The translations under genes and the position numbers were made by a program. The notes beneath the pieces were generated by a model. That model did no database searches. It was not told the origin of the DNA and worked only from the letters and a program-made list of their open reading frames with translations. Positions 39,533 to 48,786 of a stretch of DNA of 64,000 nucleotides are shown here, one piece after another. Source of the stretch: a virus. Each line of letters begins with the position of its first letter. The first letter of the stretch is position 1. The DNA lies in the IMG/VR virus record IMGVR_UViG_3300045988_170943, positions 1 to 64,000 of that record; one strand, given 5' to 3'.

Positions 39533-39778
39533 ATGACTTTTGTCAAGGACCTGAGGGTGGGGGATGTCATTGTTGACGAGGACGGCCTGAACGCTAAGGT
39601 CGTCTGCACGCTCGGCGGTGATCCTACCTATGTGACGCTTATCTCCCACGGATATATTACTGCTAGAAATTATGACGGTAAGCAGATCCAGAAGTTTCGG
39701 GAATACCCTGAGGGCAGTATGAAGGCTGTTGATCTACTGTGGGCCTCTGACGGCGACATCCTCTATCAGAACGACTAA
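39533..39778 (+). CDS. hypothetical protein (81 aa)
   Basis: ORF track entry with RBS GAGGCTGCCGGAACG. Confidence 0.45.
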   Translation: MTFVKDLRVGDVIVDEDGLNAKVVCTLGGDPTYVTLISHGYITARNYDGKQIQKFREYPEGSMKAVDLLWASDGDILYQND

Positions 39779-40005
39779 CCCACCAAATTCTGGCCTCATA
39801 GGCTTCCTACCCCTGTGCCAGGCGCGCAACTCACTTTACGTGCGCGCCTGGCACAGGGTTTTATTGTGGCGGGCCATCATGTCCGGGTACTGGATACCTG
39901 TTGCTACAGGCGGTTAGTGTGGCGTTGACGTGTCTTGCCTCGTGTGGTATGGTTAGTGCTGACAACTATAGTGAAACCATGTGCTAGGAAGGCAGAGGTG
40001 CGTGT

Positions 40006-40170
40006 ATGGATGCTGCTGATGTTCAGAATGTCCTTGAGGGCGTTCTTAGGGATGCTTACAAGAACAAGAATCTTGACCGTGAACTTATCGAAGTGGTAAG
40101 TTACCTTATTGAGATGATTGTGAGTGGGGCGATGGAGCCTGTTCTTGACTATGACGGCTACTACGACTAA
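40006..40170 (+). CDS. possible small protein (54 aa)
   Basis: Not in the track. ATG with RBS GGAAGGCAGAGG. Sequence MDAADVQNVLEGVLRDAYKNKNLDRELIEVVSYLIEMIVSGAMEPVLDYDGYYD. Confidence 0.3.
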   Translation: MDAADVQNVLEGVLRDAYKNKNLDRELIEVVSYLIEMIVSGAMEPVLDYDGYYD

Positions 40171-40234
40171 GTATAGGCAGAGCAGTGTGTAGCGCAGAGA
40201 ATCCTGAGGCGGAAGAAGGGTTAAGGTACAGGGG

Positions 40235-40960
40235 ATGACTATGGGCAGTGAGAGCGGTTCGTTTAACGTTGAGCATTTATTGAAGGAGTTCTCTATAGGT
40301 GTGAACAAGTGCGCTGGAGGGGTACACAAGACGTCTATCTTCTCAATGAATGAGAAGGCTGTGGATGGTGTCCTATTCGGTATGGCCAGTGTGCTTGCAG
40401 GCGGATCATTCCAGGTGTCCGCTTACGGCCGCATTCCTCTGCATGGGCTTGATGACCACTACTTCGGGTTGAGGTGCGGCGAGATCTATGGGGATGACGA
40501 GTGTGTTCACGGTAACATTGAGGCATCTGTCGTGGTTGACATCGATGATGGTGAGTGTACGTCTGCGACTCTCATGACCAAGGATGATGACGGCAGTGTC
40601 CTCATGGAAAGGAAACTTGACAACAACCTGGCCAGTAGTGAGGTTGTTGAGTCCGTCCAGAAGTCACGCATTATCATGGAACTCAAGAAGGTTTTCAAGG
40701 GGTCACAGGTTGTTGATGGTATGCTCCATATCCCTGTGAGCGGGGACACCGTAGTTGTCAGTATCAGGGACTACCTGTGGAACGAGGTCGGTGAGAACGA
40801 GGAGGGGAAGGACAGTGTTCTCCTGACCTGCACAGATCTCAGTGGTTGCGAGTATTCCTATGCCGGATACGTTGGCAGCATGTTCCCTGAGTGCCGCATC
40901 GTTTGCCAGGAAAGTCGGGACAAGGTTCGGGTGAGTGTACCTGTCCTGTATCTTGGTTAG
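40235..40960 (+). CDS. hypothetical protein (241 aa)
   Basis: ORF track entry with RBS AGGGGATGAC. Confidence 0.5.
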   Translation: MTMGSESGSFNVEHLLKEFSIGVNKCAGGVHKTSIFSMNEKAVDGVLFGMASVLAGGSFQVSAYGRIPLHGLDDHYFGLRCGEIYGDDECVHGNIEASVVVDIDDGECTSATLMTKDDDGSVLMERKLDNNLASSEVVESVQKSRIIMELKKVFKGSQVVDGMLHIPVSGDTVVVSIRDYLWNEVGENEEGKDSVLLTCTDLSGCEYSYAGYVGSMFPECRIVCQESRDKVRVSVPVLYLG

Positions 40961-41083
40961 CCCTAACGGCACTAGATTCTTTTGTGAGATGCAGTTGGCG
41001 TAGTGTCACCTGACTCGATTCTCGTCCTGATGGCGCCTAACTCTGCACTACTGGAATGTCGGTCTGACTCTCCAGTTTTACCC

Positions 41084-41237
41084 GTGTGACTCAGTTCACG
41101 TACCAAGGCTGATGTTATTGATAGAGCAGCAGCCTTCTACTCTTTTGTGCTCTATCTCACTTAATCACAGATTGCCTTTAATCCCTGATTCAGGGTATGC
41201 TTGGCGTATCAAGCCGAGGGCACGAAGAGTCCTGACA
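41084..41237 (+). promoter_or_regulatory. cassette variant: box GTGTGACTCAGTTCAC (41084..41099), then core promoter TTGCCT-N17-TATGCT and leader TATCAAGCCGAGGGCACGAAGAG (41172..41237)
   Basis: The box and core are separated by about 70 nt. The leader still matches the consensus. The ATG is at 41258. Confidence 0.45.
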
Positions 41238-41257
41238 CTAGAACAAGGAGCACCATT

Positions 41258-41890
41258 ATGTCTTGCACCACCGATTTCCTCGCTAAGAGGAACAAGAATT
41301 TCCGTGAGGTCATTGAGGCAGAGAGTTCTATTGAACTCATCTACGCTATGCAGGTGCTTCATCCCGCCCAGATGACTCAGGTGGCAGAGATGTCGCGCCT
41401 TGTTCACAAGGACTACACTGAGAAGGTCCGTAAGATTACGGGCGACTTCTCGTCGCTTGTGATTCGTGACACTGACGGAGAAAGTGACAGCGAGTACATT
41501 GTTGTTCGTTATGATGCCCTCTATGATGGTGGTCGCGGAAAGTGGAGCAAGGACAATCGTTTTGGCTACAAGGGAGGCGTGTCTACTGACACCCTGGACG
41601 CTCTTTGGCGTGCGTTTGAAGTCCTTGTAGATTGTCCTTATGACATGTACTACGAGAACAGGGAGGAGATTAAGGATTGCCTTGAGGAGGAGCACGCCCA
41701 GGCTGTTGTCCTCTCTAAGTTGCTGGGTACCGACAAGGCACTTGAAATGTTCTCCTTCTGCATTGAGTACGTAAATGGGTTCAAGATCGTTTCGACTGGC
41801 GGCATCTTTGATGGCAAGTTCGGAGTGATTGTCGTCAAAGATCACAAGGATCGGCGCTATCGTGTTGGCACTCGTGCAACCAGTAAGTAG
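41258..41890 (+). CDS. hypothetical protein (210 aa); paralog of minus-strand gene 25413..26024
   Basis: Internal ATG (20th codon of ORF 41201..41890) with RBS CAAGGAGCACC. Shares ALEMF...RRYRVG. Confidence 0.55.
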   Translation: MSCTTDFLAKRNKNFREVIEAESSIELIYAMQVLHPAQMTQVAEMSRLVHKDYTEKVRKITGDFSSLVIRDTDGESDSEYIVVRYDALYDGGRGKWSKDNRFGYKGGVSTDTLDALWRAFEVLVDCPYDMYYENREEIKDCLEEEHAQAVVLSKLLGTDKALEMFSFCIEYVNGFKIVSTGGIFDGKFGVIVVKDHKDRRYRVGTRATSK

Positions 41891-41929
41891 TGACTGATGC
41901 TCTGAAGTCATGTCATAATCGCTAGCTAC

Positions 41930-41991
41930 GGGTGAGCCCCATCTGCCTTATAGGAACTGTTGCCCACAGTTTTGGCAGATGGGGCTCACCC
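41930..41991 (+). other. large structured hairpin: perfect 18-bp stem GGGTGAGCCCCATCTGCC / GGCAGATGGGGCTCACCC with a nested hairpin AACTGT..ACAGTTTT in the loop
   Basis: Seen directly. It lies 40 nt after the stop of gene 41258..41890. No U-tract follows the outer stem; the only T-run sits after the inner hairpin. Confidence 0.5.
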
Positions 41992-42159
41992 ACGTTGTGT
42001 TAGGTAGGGGTTATTGCTGAGGCAAGAGCAACACATCTTTATAGTTGTGACCTACTTCACTCACATCTGGGTTGCTTCCATCAAGGTTGGTGTGTATCGT
42101 TGTATCCATCAAGGGGCGAGAGCAAAAGGCTTGAGCCAGAAGACACGAGGAGAACAGCA

Positions 42160-42534
42160 ATGAGTGATAGCACTGTGAAGAACGTTCGTGAGATTGAGAC
42201 CCGTCTCCTGGCTGGGACGATTGTTGAAACCCGTAAGGTCCTGAAGGTCGTTGACGGTGAGGTGCGTGAGTACACCACCATCCTCACTGAGAGCGATTTC
42301 GAGGAGTATGACCCCTATGATGAGGAGGCGTACTACCCGATTGGTGACACCTTCCCTGGTGCCATCGAGGGTGGTGAGAGACTTCTTGGCCACCAGCACG
42401 TCATCAAGACCTTCGTGGACGGTGACACCTGGGAGAGCACTTGGGGTTGCCACTTTGTCAGCGAGACTACTGGTGAGATTGTGGCGACCATGTACTGCCG
42501 AGGAGAGCACATGGGAACCTACTACGGGAAGTAA
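42160..42534 (+). CDS. hypothetical protein (124 aa); paralog of 44338..44694
   Basis: Internal ATG with RBS CACGAGGAGAACAGC. Shares ...TR(K)(V/I)VDGEV(R/K)(E/D)Y(T/V)TI(L/V)TE(S/A)D...W(G)...HCRG(G/E). Confidence 0.55.
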   Translation: MSDSTVKNVREIETRLLAGTIVETRKVLKVVDGEVREYTTILTESDFEEYDPYDEEAYYPIGDTFPGAIEGGERLLGHQHVIKTFVDGDTWESTWGCHFVSETTGEIVATMYCRGEHMGTYYGK

Positions 42535-42551
42535 GTTTCCGTCATCTGTAT

Positions 42552-42606
42552 GGGCTGAGGTCACGTCAGAACACACTCTCTGACGTGACCTCAGCCCGTT
42601 TTCGTG
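42552..42606 (+). terminator. rho-independent terminator (perfect 19-bp stem GGGCTGAGGTCACGTCAGA / TCTGACGTGACCTCAGCCC then GTTTTCGTG)
   Basis: Lies 18 nt after the stop of gene 42160..42534. Confidence 0.65.
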
Positions 42607-42654
42607 TCTCTTCTACCGGCACTCTCCCATGTGCAGGTTTCCGCGCTCAAAGGG

Positions 42655-42747
42655 TTGCGACCTAGTTCACTTCTGTTCGGGTTGCAGGATGGGGTACAGG
42701 TGCGTATAGTTGTAGTCATCAAGGCCGGAGGAAACAGGTCCGACGGC
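42655..42747 (+). promoter_or_regulatory. promoter-leader cassette copy (CTAGTTCAC, GGTTGCAG, TATAGT, TGTAGTCATCAAGGCCGGAGGAAACAGG)
   Basis: Copy lying upstream of the ATG at 42771. Confidence 0.55.
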
Positions 42748-42770
42748 AGTAGACAAAAGGAACGGTTGTG

Positions 42771-43151
42771 ATGGCTCTCTCTCAGCAGGATAAGGACCAG
42801 ATGAAGCATGAGCGTATTCTCCGTGAGGTGACCGCGAAGGCCAAGGACGCTTTGGTTGGCAAGACCATTGAGCAGGTCAACGAGAATCGGTACATGAGCG
42901 CTGACGGAAGCGTGATCACCAAGGCCATCATCAATGCCCGCGGCAGTATCGCTAACGTTGTGATTGAGGGGGCTGATTTCAGTCAGAGAGGAATGGTGGG
43001 TGCCACTATCTCGGATGTTGACTTCGTTCCTCTTCACCATGTCGGCCCGATGGGTTGGTCCATCAAGATCTACTCTGGTGGTCGCCACTCCTACATGGTG
43101 GGGGAGATTTTTGGTGACACTGACCCGGCTGAGGCGGTTCAGGTCTACTGA
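42771..43151 (+). CDS. hypothetical protein (126 aa)
   Basis: ATG with RBS AAAGGAACGG. Confidence 0.5.
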   Translation: MALSQQDKDQMKHERILREVTAKAKDALVGKTIEQVNENRYMSADGSVITKAIINARGSIANVVIEGADFSQRGMVGATISDVDFVPLHHVGPMGWSIKIYSGGRHSYMVGEIFGDTDPAEAVQVY

Positions 43152-43162
43152 CGGCACCCCTT

Positions 43163-43215
43163 AACGACTGAGACCCAGGAGGTTTATTCTCTTCATGGGT
43201 CTCAGTCGTTTGCGT
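43163..43215 (+). terminator. hairpin AACGACTGAGACCC / GGGTCTCAGTCGTT (14 bp) with weak T-tract
   Basis: An inverted repeat 12 nt after the stop of gene 42771..43151. Confidence 0.4.
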
Positions 43216-43328
43216 GTCCTATGCTTTTACCTGACCATCACAGCCGACGTCTATCAGCAGAAGATAACGGTGACGATACTGCTGATAGACTCAAAGTGGA
43301 TAGGACTGCTGTAGGCAGCCCTATTGTT

Positions 43329-43410
43329 GAGTGTATTCCAGTTCACATCTAATGGAGTTGACTTCTTGCATCTCCATCACGTATGGTTAAGGGACGAAAG
43401 AAGAGGGGGG
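43329..43410 (+). promoter_or_regulatory. promoter-leader cassette copy (GAGTGTATTCCAGTTCAC, TTGACT-N18-TATGGT)
   Basis: Copy lying upstream of the ATG at 43418. Confidence 0.55.
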
Positions 43411-43417
43411 ATCACCA

Positions 43418-43966
43418 ATGTTCGGTATTGAGAACGTCAAGGGCTTCATTAGCGACGCGGTAACGTGGGCTAGCACCCATGAGTATGCTGATGGTGGTGA
43501 CAACACCTATACCAGTACAGACGGTTACCTTAGTCTCACGATTAACCCTGGAGGAATCTCTGCCAGGGCTGTTCTCCCTGTCTTTTCTGACAATGGCAGG
43601 TGGGAGATGGCTTTTGTGGCGGAACGCGACACACTCACCCCGAAAGCGGTCAAGGAGGCTGTTCAGGAGGTAGCCACCGAGCATGATGTCATGTACCAGA
43701 TTGCGAGGTCTCTTGCCTCCTATGGGTGGTATGTAAGTGTTCTTCACACTGACGGAAAATCTCTTACTGCCAAGCGCTACGGGGGACACGACATCTGTGT
43801 ACACAATGACCTCATTGAACGTTCCGTCTACATCGGAGGGAATGGGCAGAGTATTGCCTTAATGCATTTGAGCAATGCCGGGCTATTGAAGACCAACAAC
43901 AATGCGTCTGAGCATCGCGGTCGCTATCGGATTGCTGACTGGCTGTTTAACGGTTACGATTTCTAG
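43418..43966 (+). CDS. hypothetical protein (182 aa); member of a 4-copy paralog family (43418, 49305, 53910, 61096)
   Basis: Shares the A(L)..(S/A)GW.V motif and a C-terminal G(D/N)..........L...G(I/L)L segment. RBS GAAGAGGGGGG. Confidence 0.55.
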   Translation: MFGIENVKGFISDAVTWASTHEYADGGDNTYTSTDGYLSLTINPGGISARAVLPVFSDNGRWEMAFVAERDTLTPKAVKEAVQEVATEHDVMYQIARSLASYGWYVSVLHTDGKSLTAKRYGGHDICVHNDLIERSVYIGGNGQSIALMHLSNAGLLKTNNNASEHRGRYRIADWLFNGYDF

Positions 43967-44225
43967 GTCATCGTATATCCTGATGTGCTGATTCAACCAC
44001 TAAAGAGCGCACACAAGGGGATTACGGTCAGAGTGCTTCCTAGATTCCAGTAGAGCCAGCAAAGTGACTGTACAAGCCCCCTGTGGTCTTCTGCGGCATG
44101 TTCCCACGCAACATGACCTGGGTTCTTGACTGTGGACGTTCTAGGAGTCCTAGGGGCCAGTGAGCATGAGATGCGTCAGAGGAGACAGGACGTCCCTTCT
44201 GACGCAACGTTTACACACTTGGATA

Positions 44226-44316
44226 GTGACCCAGTTCACGTAATGTGTGGTTGCGGCCAGCCTGATCTACATGTATCGTTATAGTCATCAAGGCGAGAGC
44301 AAAGGGCTCGGAGCCA
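44226..44316 (+). promoter_or_regulatory. promoter-leader cassette copy (GTGACCCAGTTCAC, GGTTGCGG-N17-TATCGT, TATAGTCATCAAGGCGAGAGCAAAGGGC)
   Basis: Consensus copy lying upstream of the ATG at 44338. Confidence 0.6.
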
Positions 44317-44337
44317 AGATAGAACAAGGAGACTGCA

Positions 44338-44694
44338 ATGACTACAGCCGCTCACATCACCCGCACTGTTTACACTGAGGCCCTTGACGGTCAGACGATT
44401 GTTGAGGTCAGCACCACTCGCAAGATTGTTGACGGTGAGGTCAAAGACTATGTGACGATTGTCACCGAGGCGGACCTTGCAGACTGTGAGAATGGGGAGG
44501 ACCCACAGGGAATCACCTTCCCTGGTCGCTTCATCGACTTGGAAGCGGTCAACAAGATGGTCGGGTACCCTTTTGAGGTGTATATGTTCGAGGATGGTGA
44601 GGACTGGTCCGACCACTGGGGTGTTCGGTTCACGAACGGGTATAGGTACAAGGACCTTGTCCTGCACTGCCGTGGTGGTGAGCCCCTGTCCTGA
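44338..44694 (+). CDS. hypothetical protein (118 aa); paralog of 42160..42534
   Basis: RBS CAAGGAGACTGCA before the ATG. Confidence 0.55.
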   Translation: MTTAAHITRTVYTEALDGQTIVEVSTTRKIVDGEVKDYVTIVTEADLADCENGEDPQGITFPGRFIDLEAVNKMVGYPFEVYMFEDGEDWSDHWGVRFTNGYRYKDLVLHCRGGEPLS

Positions 44695-44721
44695 ACGGAG
44701 ATCTAGCCACCCAAACTGATG

Positions 44722-44786
44722 GCGACTTTCATGCCTAGGGTAAGGGTGATGGCCCTAGGCATGAAAGTCGCGCTGTGCTTTTCTGG
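44722..44786 (+). terminator. rho-independent terminator (19-bp stem GCGACTTTCATGCCTAGGG / CCCTAGGCATGAAAGTCGC then GCTGTGCTTTTCTGG)
   Basis: Lies 28 nt after the stop of gene 44338..44694. Confidence 0.6.
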
Positions 44787-44832
44787 CAAAACAGAAGTAC
44801 AGATGGTGGAGAACCGAGACGGCGAAAGAGGA

Positions 44833-45252
44833 CTACTTGGTGCCTTCCGTCGTCTTGGTAGTCATTGCTGAGGCCAGGTTGCTGAGTACCTGTGCCGCAT
44901 CGTACTGGCTGTTTTCCTGAAGATGGCTCATGATCTCAATAGTGGTGGGGAGTGAGGTCACAATGACTTGGTACTCACGGCTGCTCACCTCGAAAACTAC
45001 GCCAGCGGTGAAACAGATAATGCCCTCCCCGTCGGTACGGCAACCAAGAATGGACACTAGGCCGTCAGATTCAACGATCATTCGAGTAACAGCGGGAATG
45101 CTGTTGCCCCGATAGTCATCCTCGTTTAGGTTTCGAAAGATGGCCTCCCCTAGAGCACTGTTGGCCCGGTTGAAGGTGTCCACTAGCCGCGCAGTCAGGA
45201 CGGCGTGGTCCTTGCTGAGGACGTCCCATGGGATGTTTGAGCGTGCGGACAT
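44833..45252 (-). CDS. hypothetical protein (139 aa), co-oriented directly 3' of the TnpB-like gene
   Basis: ORF track entry with protein-like composition. Confidence 0.45.
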   Translation of the reverse strand: MSARSNIPWDVLSKDHAVLTARLVDTFNRANSALGEAIFRNLNEDDYRGNSIPAVTRMIVESDGLVSILGCRTDGEGIICFTAGVVFEVSSREYQVIVTSLPTTIEIMSHLQENSQYDAAQVLSNLASAMTTKTTEGTK

Positions 45253-45259
45253 GGGCTAT

Positions 45260-46960
45260 CTCCTCGAAGTGCTGGGGTGTCGTTTACTTGCACTAGGCTA
45301 CTCGCCATCTACTGTTCCTGTCAATCATGATTCGAGCGAAGTAAGCGTATGACTATTCCTTGAGATAAACCGTATCTATTGTATTCCCAATAGGTAGGTC
45401 CCTTGTCGGAATTGTCGTGCCGCTGGTTGTCTGAAACCACTCCAGGTGGTCCACCGCAGAAACCCTAGACTCTGCGGGGCACATCCCTTTACTCACCTCC
45501 TTGGAAGGTGCAGCAGGAACGTCAGTTTTTGGTTTGTTCTGTGGCGCCTTTGGTGTGGGCCGGTTCTTCGTGCCAGGATGCTTGAGCGGTTTTACATGGC
45601 ACTTGGAGCGGCGGACACGCTTGGTCTTTGTAGCGTGCCGCTTCCGTGTCTGGCACGCCTTAGCGTGATTCACCTTCTGAGCGATGTTCGCCGCCGCATT
45701 AATGTCCCGATGGTGTGTAACACCACAGGTAGTGCAGTGTGGCTGGGAGTAGTTCTGCATGTCTAGATTCGACTGGCAGGCGTGGCACTTTCTGGACGTA
45801 TAGGCCGCATTGACTTTGAGGACCCTGCCGCCGTCGGCCTCAATCATGTCACGGGTACGTCTGTACACCTCGCCACGGAACCACCTACCGAACTTCATGG
45901 TGTTCTTGATATGGGATAGGTCCTCAAACACCACCAGAGCATTGTCATACTTCCAGGCCGCGTCAGCAACCTCCTGAGCAATGAGGATACTCAGTTCCTT
46001 ACGACGATTCGATAGATGCTCTCTGTGAGAAACCGCCTCCTTGTCCTTGCCTTTTCTCTTCAGGGAAGCGACCTGTCTGGCTCCACGTTTGATCTTGTTG
46101 CTCAGCGACCTCGAACGCTGGCCTAAAAGAGATCTCTCAACGACCTGTTTCTTCTCAGTGTCCCAGACGACGTAAGCGGCCGGATTGGCGACTCCGACGT
46201 CCACACCAATGACGTACCTGGAAGAGAACTCGGGGCGGCCAGGATCCGTCGTGCCATGGAACCCGAACATGACCCTGTTGTTCTTGTCAACCCAGACGTC
46301 TGGTACACCAGGCTCACAGCCCGGCTCTAGTAGTTGAGGTGGCGTCGGGAAGTGCAGTGTCACCCACTGACCCTGGACAACCATGTCAAGAGAAATACGT
46401 TCTGGTGTGACACTGAAGTTCTTGTGGTAGCCCTTGTCTGTAGCGGACAGGGCCAGACGAGGCTGTAGGGCCCTGGGTTTAGAGTCTTTGACGGTCCTTC
46501 TCCACCCAGCCGAGACGTAACCAGTGTAGTTCCCGGAAGCAACTCCTGCTCTGGTGGTCCAGGATCTTAGATTGACAACTACTTGCTCTCTGAACATACG
46601 TTCCAATCTGGAACTACCGCTTCTGAGCCGCTTCTTCACCTCACTGGGGAGAAACAGACCCATTCTCCGACCTGCCTCAGCGGGTTTGTATCTGTCGAAG
46701 TAGGTCACCAGAGCGAGGTTCTGCTCAGTCAACTCCCGTAAGGCATAGTGAGCAGATAACTCTGCATCCTTCCTGATACCGTCCAGGACTTCATCAAGAT
46801 CCAGAGGATCACCACTCTTGCTGAATGCAGCGTACGGCACCCTTGGGTATGTGCGAGACACAACAGTCTTAGACGGCATCCGGTGAGCCTCCTCTCAAAG
46901 AAGTCGTACGTGTGTATCCTAACACAGGATCAGTGAAGTATGCCAGTACATACCAAGACA
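45260..46960 (-). mobile_element. second TnpB-only IS200/605-like element; boundaries approximate
   Basis: Defined by the TnpB-like gene and its flanks. The ends are not resolved by eye. Confidence 0.4.
45353..46879 (-). CDS. tnpB: TnpB-like endonuclease (IS605 OrfB family), 508 aa, with about 100-aa basic C-terminal tail
   Basis: IGVDVGVANPA (RuvC-I), VVFEDLSHIK (RuvC-II Glu), a zinc finger CHACQ..(x12)..CTTCG, and HRDINAAANIA (RuvC-III). Unrelated in sequence to the first TnpB-like gene. Confidence 0.85.
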   Translation of the reverse strand: MPSKTVVSRTYPRVPYAAFSKSGDPLDLDEVLDGIRKDAELSAHYALRELTEQNLALVTYFDRYKPAEAGRRMGLFLPSEVKKRLRSGSSRLERMFREQVVVNLRSWTTRAGVASGNYTGYVSAGWRRTVKDSKPRALQPRLALSATDKGYHKNFSVTPERISLDMVVQGQWVTLHFPTPPQLLEPGCEPGVPDVWVDKNNRVMFGFHGTTDPGRPEFSSRYVIGVDVGVANPAAYVVWDTEKKQVVERSLLGQRSRSLSNKIKRGARQVASLKRKGKDKEAVSHREHLSNRRKELSILIAQEVADAAWKYDNALVVFEDLSHIKNTMKFGRWFRGEVYRRTRDMIEADGGRVLKVNAAYTSRKCHACQSNLDMQNYSQPHCTTCGVTHHRDINAAANIAQKVNHAKACQTRKRHATKTKRVRRSKCHVKPLKHPGTKNRPTPKAPQNKPKTDVPAAPSKEVSKGMCPAESRVSAVDHLEWFQTTSGTTIPTRDLPIGNTIDTVYLKE

Positions 46961-47179
46961 GGGAAACAATGTCAGGCTACAGTAGAACAGCCACAACTCT
47001 CTTAGTGCAGGCGATAACGGCAGGGACCACTGTGGCCCGCCTCACTTTACCCCCATAGTGTGGGCGTTGACTTCCTGGCTGCCCTTGTAGTAGGCTGGTT
47101 CCAGCAGAGCAGCCCTGCATTTGGTAGGGTCACACGAGCAGGAAGGCTAGGGGCGCAAGTGGCTAACAATGATGATGAC

Positions 47180-48103
47180 ATGACTCCTGAGGGGTTTATT
47201 CACCGACTCCAGGAAGAGGTCATTTCTCAACGTGACTGGATCGCCTGGGACATGGGGTGCAGCCCGAATGGCTCCCGCTACCTCAGTGTTGGTGAGGGGG
47301 ACCTGGCGACCATTTATGCGGACTGGGGTGAACGCGACAGTGACGAGGATCCCGAGGAGGTGGAGTGGGCTGTGTATAACCGTCACGGGGAGTGCGTGCT
47401 TGAGAAGTACTTCTTGGATGAGGGCACGAGTATGGATGTCTCTGAAGTCGCCAGTGAAATGATTTTCATGGCTCGTGAGCAGAGTGAGTCACTTGACCTG
47501 TGCTGCCGAGTTGAGGACGCTGTGGCTGACGTGGAGGTGCGAACTTTCTCCACCAGTAATGGGCGCATGGTTTTCCTGAAAGACTCCGAGACTCTTGAAG
47601 GGTGCACCATCAGTGCAACGTTCGAGTTCACTGAGTCTGAGGGCGGGCTGATTACTGGCGGGACGTTCTCGTTCAGTGGCGACGGTTTCACTGACATACT
47701 GAACGCCGAGGTGGACGTGACTGAATGGCCAGTTAACAGCCTGGTTGATAGCCTGTTCGTCCCGGTCCTGTCACAGAGGGAGAACTGGATCGGTAGCCTT
47801 TTTGCCCCCTGGAGCCCGCTGGCTCTTCCCCCGGGTTGCAGCAACATTATCGAGTGCTTTGCCTCCCAGGAACAGGTGGACTACTACAGGGACGACTGGA
47901 ACATGCGTTGCGGTGTACGCAGTGTGGGAGACGGGGGTTACGCTGAGATTGAGTACACTCCTAATGGGGTTCAGGTCACTTGCGACAGTGAGGAAGGCGA
48001 GGGGCACGACTTTGTGCTGTTTGACAGTCATCGTGACGCCGCAGAGCATGCCCTAGAGAAGGCCTGGAAGCACTGGGTTGAGAAGAACTCAAAGTCAGAG
48101 TAA
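47180..48103 (+). CDS. hypothetical acidic protein (307 aa)
   Basis: Internal ATG (41st codon of ORF 47060..48103). A sigma70-like promoter element TTGACT...TAGTAGGCT lies inside the rejected N-terminus. Confidence 0.5.
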   Translation: MTPEGFIHRLQEEVISQRDWIAWDMGCSPNGSRYLSVGEGDLATIYADWGERDSDEDPEEVEWAVYNRHGECVLEKYFLDEGTSMDVSEVASEMIFMAREQSESLDLCCRVEDAVADVEVRTFSTSNGRMVFLKDSETLEGCTISATFEFTESEGGLITGGTFSFSGDGFTDILNAEVDVTEWPVNSLVDSLFVPVLSQRENWIGSLFAPWSPLALPPGCSNIIECFASQEQVDYYRDDWNMRCGVRSVGDGGYAEIEYTPNGVQVTCDSEEGEGHDFVLFDSHRDAAEHALEKAWKHWVEKNSKSE

Positions 48104-48125
48104 CAAGATAGGGGCGTGATGCTAT

Positions 48126-48626
48126 ATGGGTAGGTTTGCTGTAGTGCTGCCGTTGGCGATCAGTGGCGGCGAGGAGCATTCCGGGGTCAACTATCCTTTT
48201 GTAGTTACTATTCTAGGCATGGTTGCCATCATGGCTTTAGCGATTGTGCTATCGCGTGTGGACCGCTCCCCAGAGTATATCCTTTTAGGGGTAGTGGGTT
48301 GTGCCTTTGTGTTCATTTTTTCTTTTTGCGTCTCCCCTTCAGTGGGATATACGGTATGGACTAGTCACAGCCCCTACAAGATAACAAGCACGTTGACGAA
48401 GGTGGAAGAGAGCAGCGATCGCCCAGGTCAGTCAGATGTGACCCTCAGTGAAGAGGGGAAGGTCAGAGTCAACGAGCGCGTGAGTAACCTTACAAATCTC
48501 GTGGGGAAGGAAGTCGTTCTCAAGTGCGACTACGACAAGATGCCAGAGAAGAAGATCACCACTGAGACCGAGTGTGATCTCAGTGGTTTCGGGACTGCCC
48601 CTAAGCCACCCTCTGTGTCGAACTAG
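48126..48626 (+). CDS. 2-TM membrane protein (166 aa); weak paralog of 38561..39028
   Basis: TM segments VVTILGMVAIMALAIVL and LLGVVGCAFVFIFSFCV, followed by a Cys-containing soluble domain. Confidence 0.5.
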   Translation: MGRFAVVLPLAISGGEEHSGVNYPFVVTILGMVAIMALAIVLSRVDRSPEYILLGVVGCAFVFIFSFCVSPSVGYTVWTSHSPYKITSTLTKVEESSDRPGQSDVTLSEEGKVRVNERVSNLTNLVGKEVVLKCDYDKMPEKKITTETECDLSGFGTAPKPPSVSN

Positions 48627-48652
48627 AACACCTCTTCACCTATCTTCTGGCA

Positions 48653-48745
48653 GTGTGTCATGGTTCACACATTCCTGGGTTGCGGCACCTAGATGGCTTG
48701 CCCTATGCTTAGGGGTGTCAACAGGAAGCATCCACCCCGGACGGA
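48653..48745 (+). promoter_or_regulatory. promoter-leader cassette copy (GTGTGTCATGGTTCAC, GGTTGCGG-N18-TATGCT)
   Basis: Copy lying upstream of the ATG at 48787. Confidence 0.55.
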
Positions 48746-48786
48746 CTCTAAGAGACCCGTCTACTATGCACCCAAGGAGAGATCTC

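Noticed and set aside
41165-41911. 248-aa minus-strand ORF fully antisense to 41258..41890
   Set aside because: The plus-strand gene has the promoter cassette, an RBS and a paralog (25413..26024). A long antisense ORF in GC-rich DNA is expected by chance.
47067-47093. TTGACT ... TAGTAGGCT as a sigma70 promoter for 47180..48103
   Set aside because: The spacing is about 15 nt, which is suboptimal. It is mentioned only as support for rejecting the upstream start at 47060.
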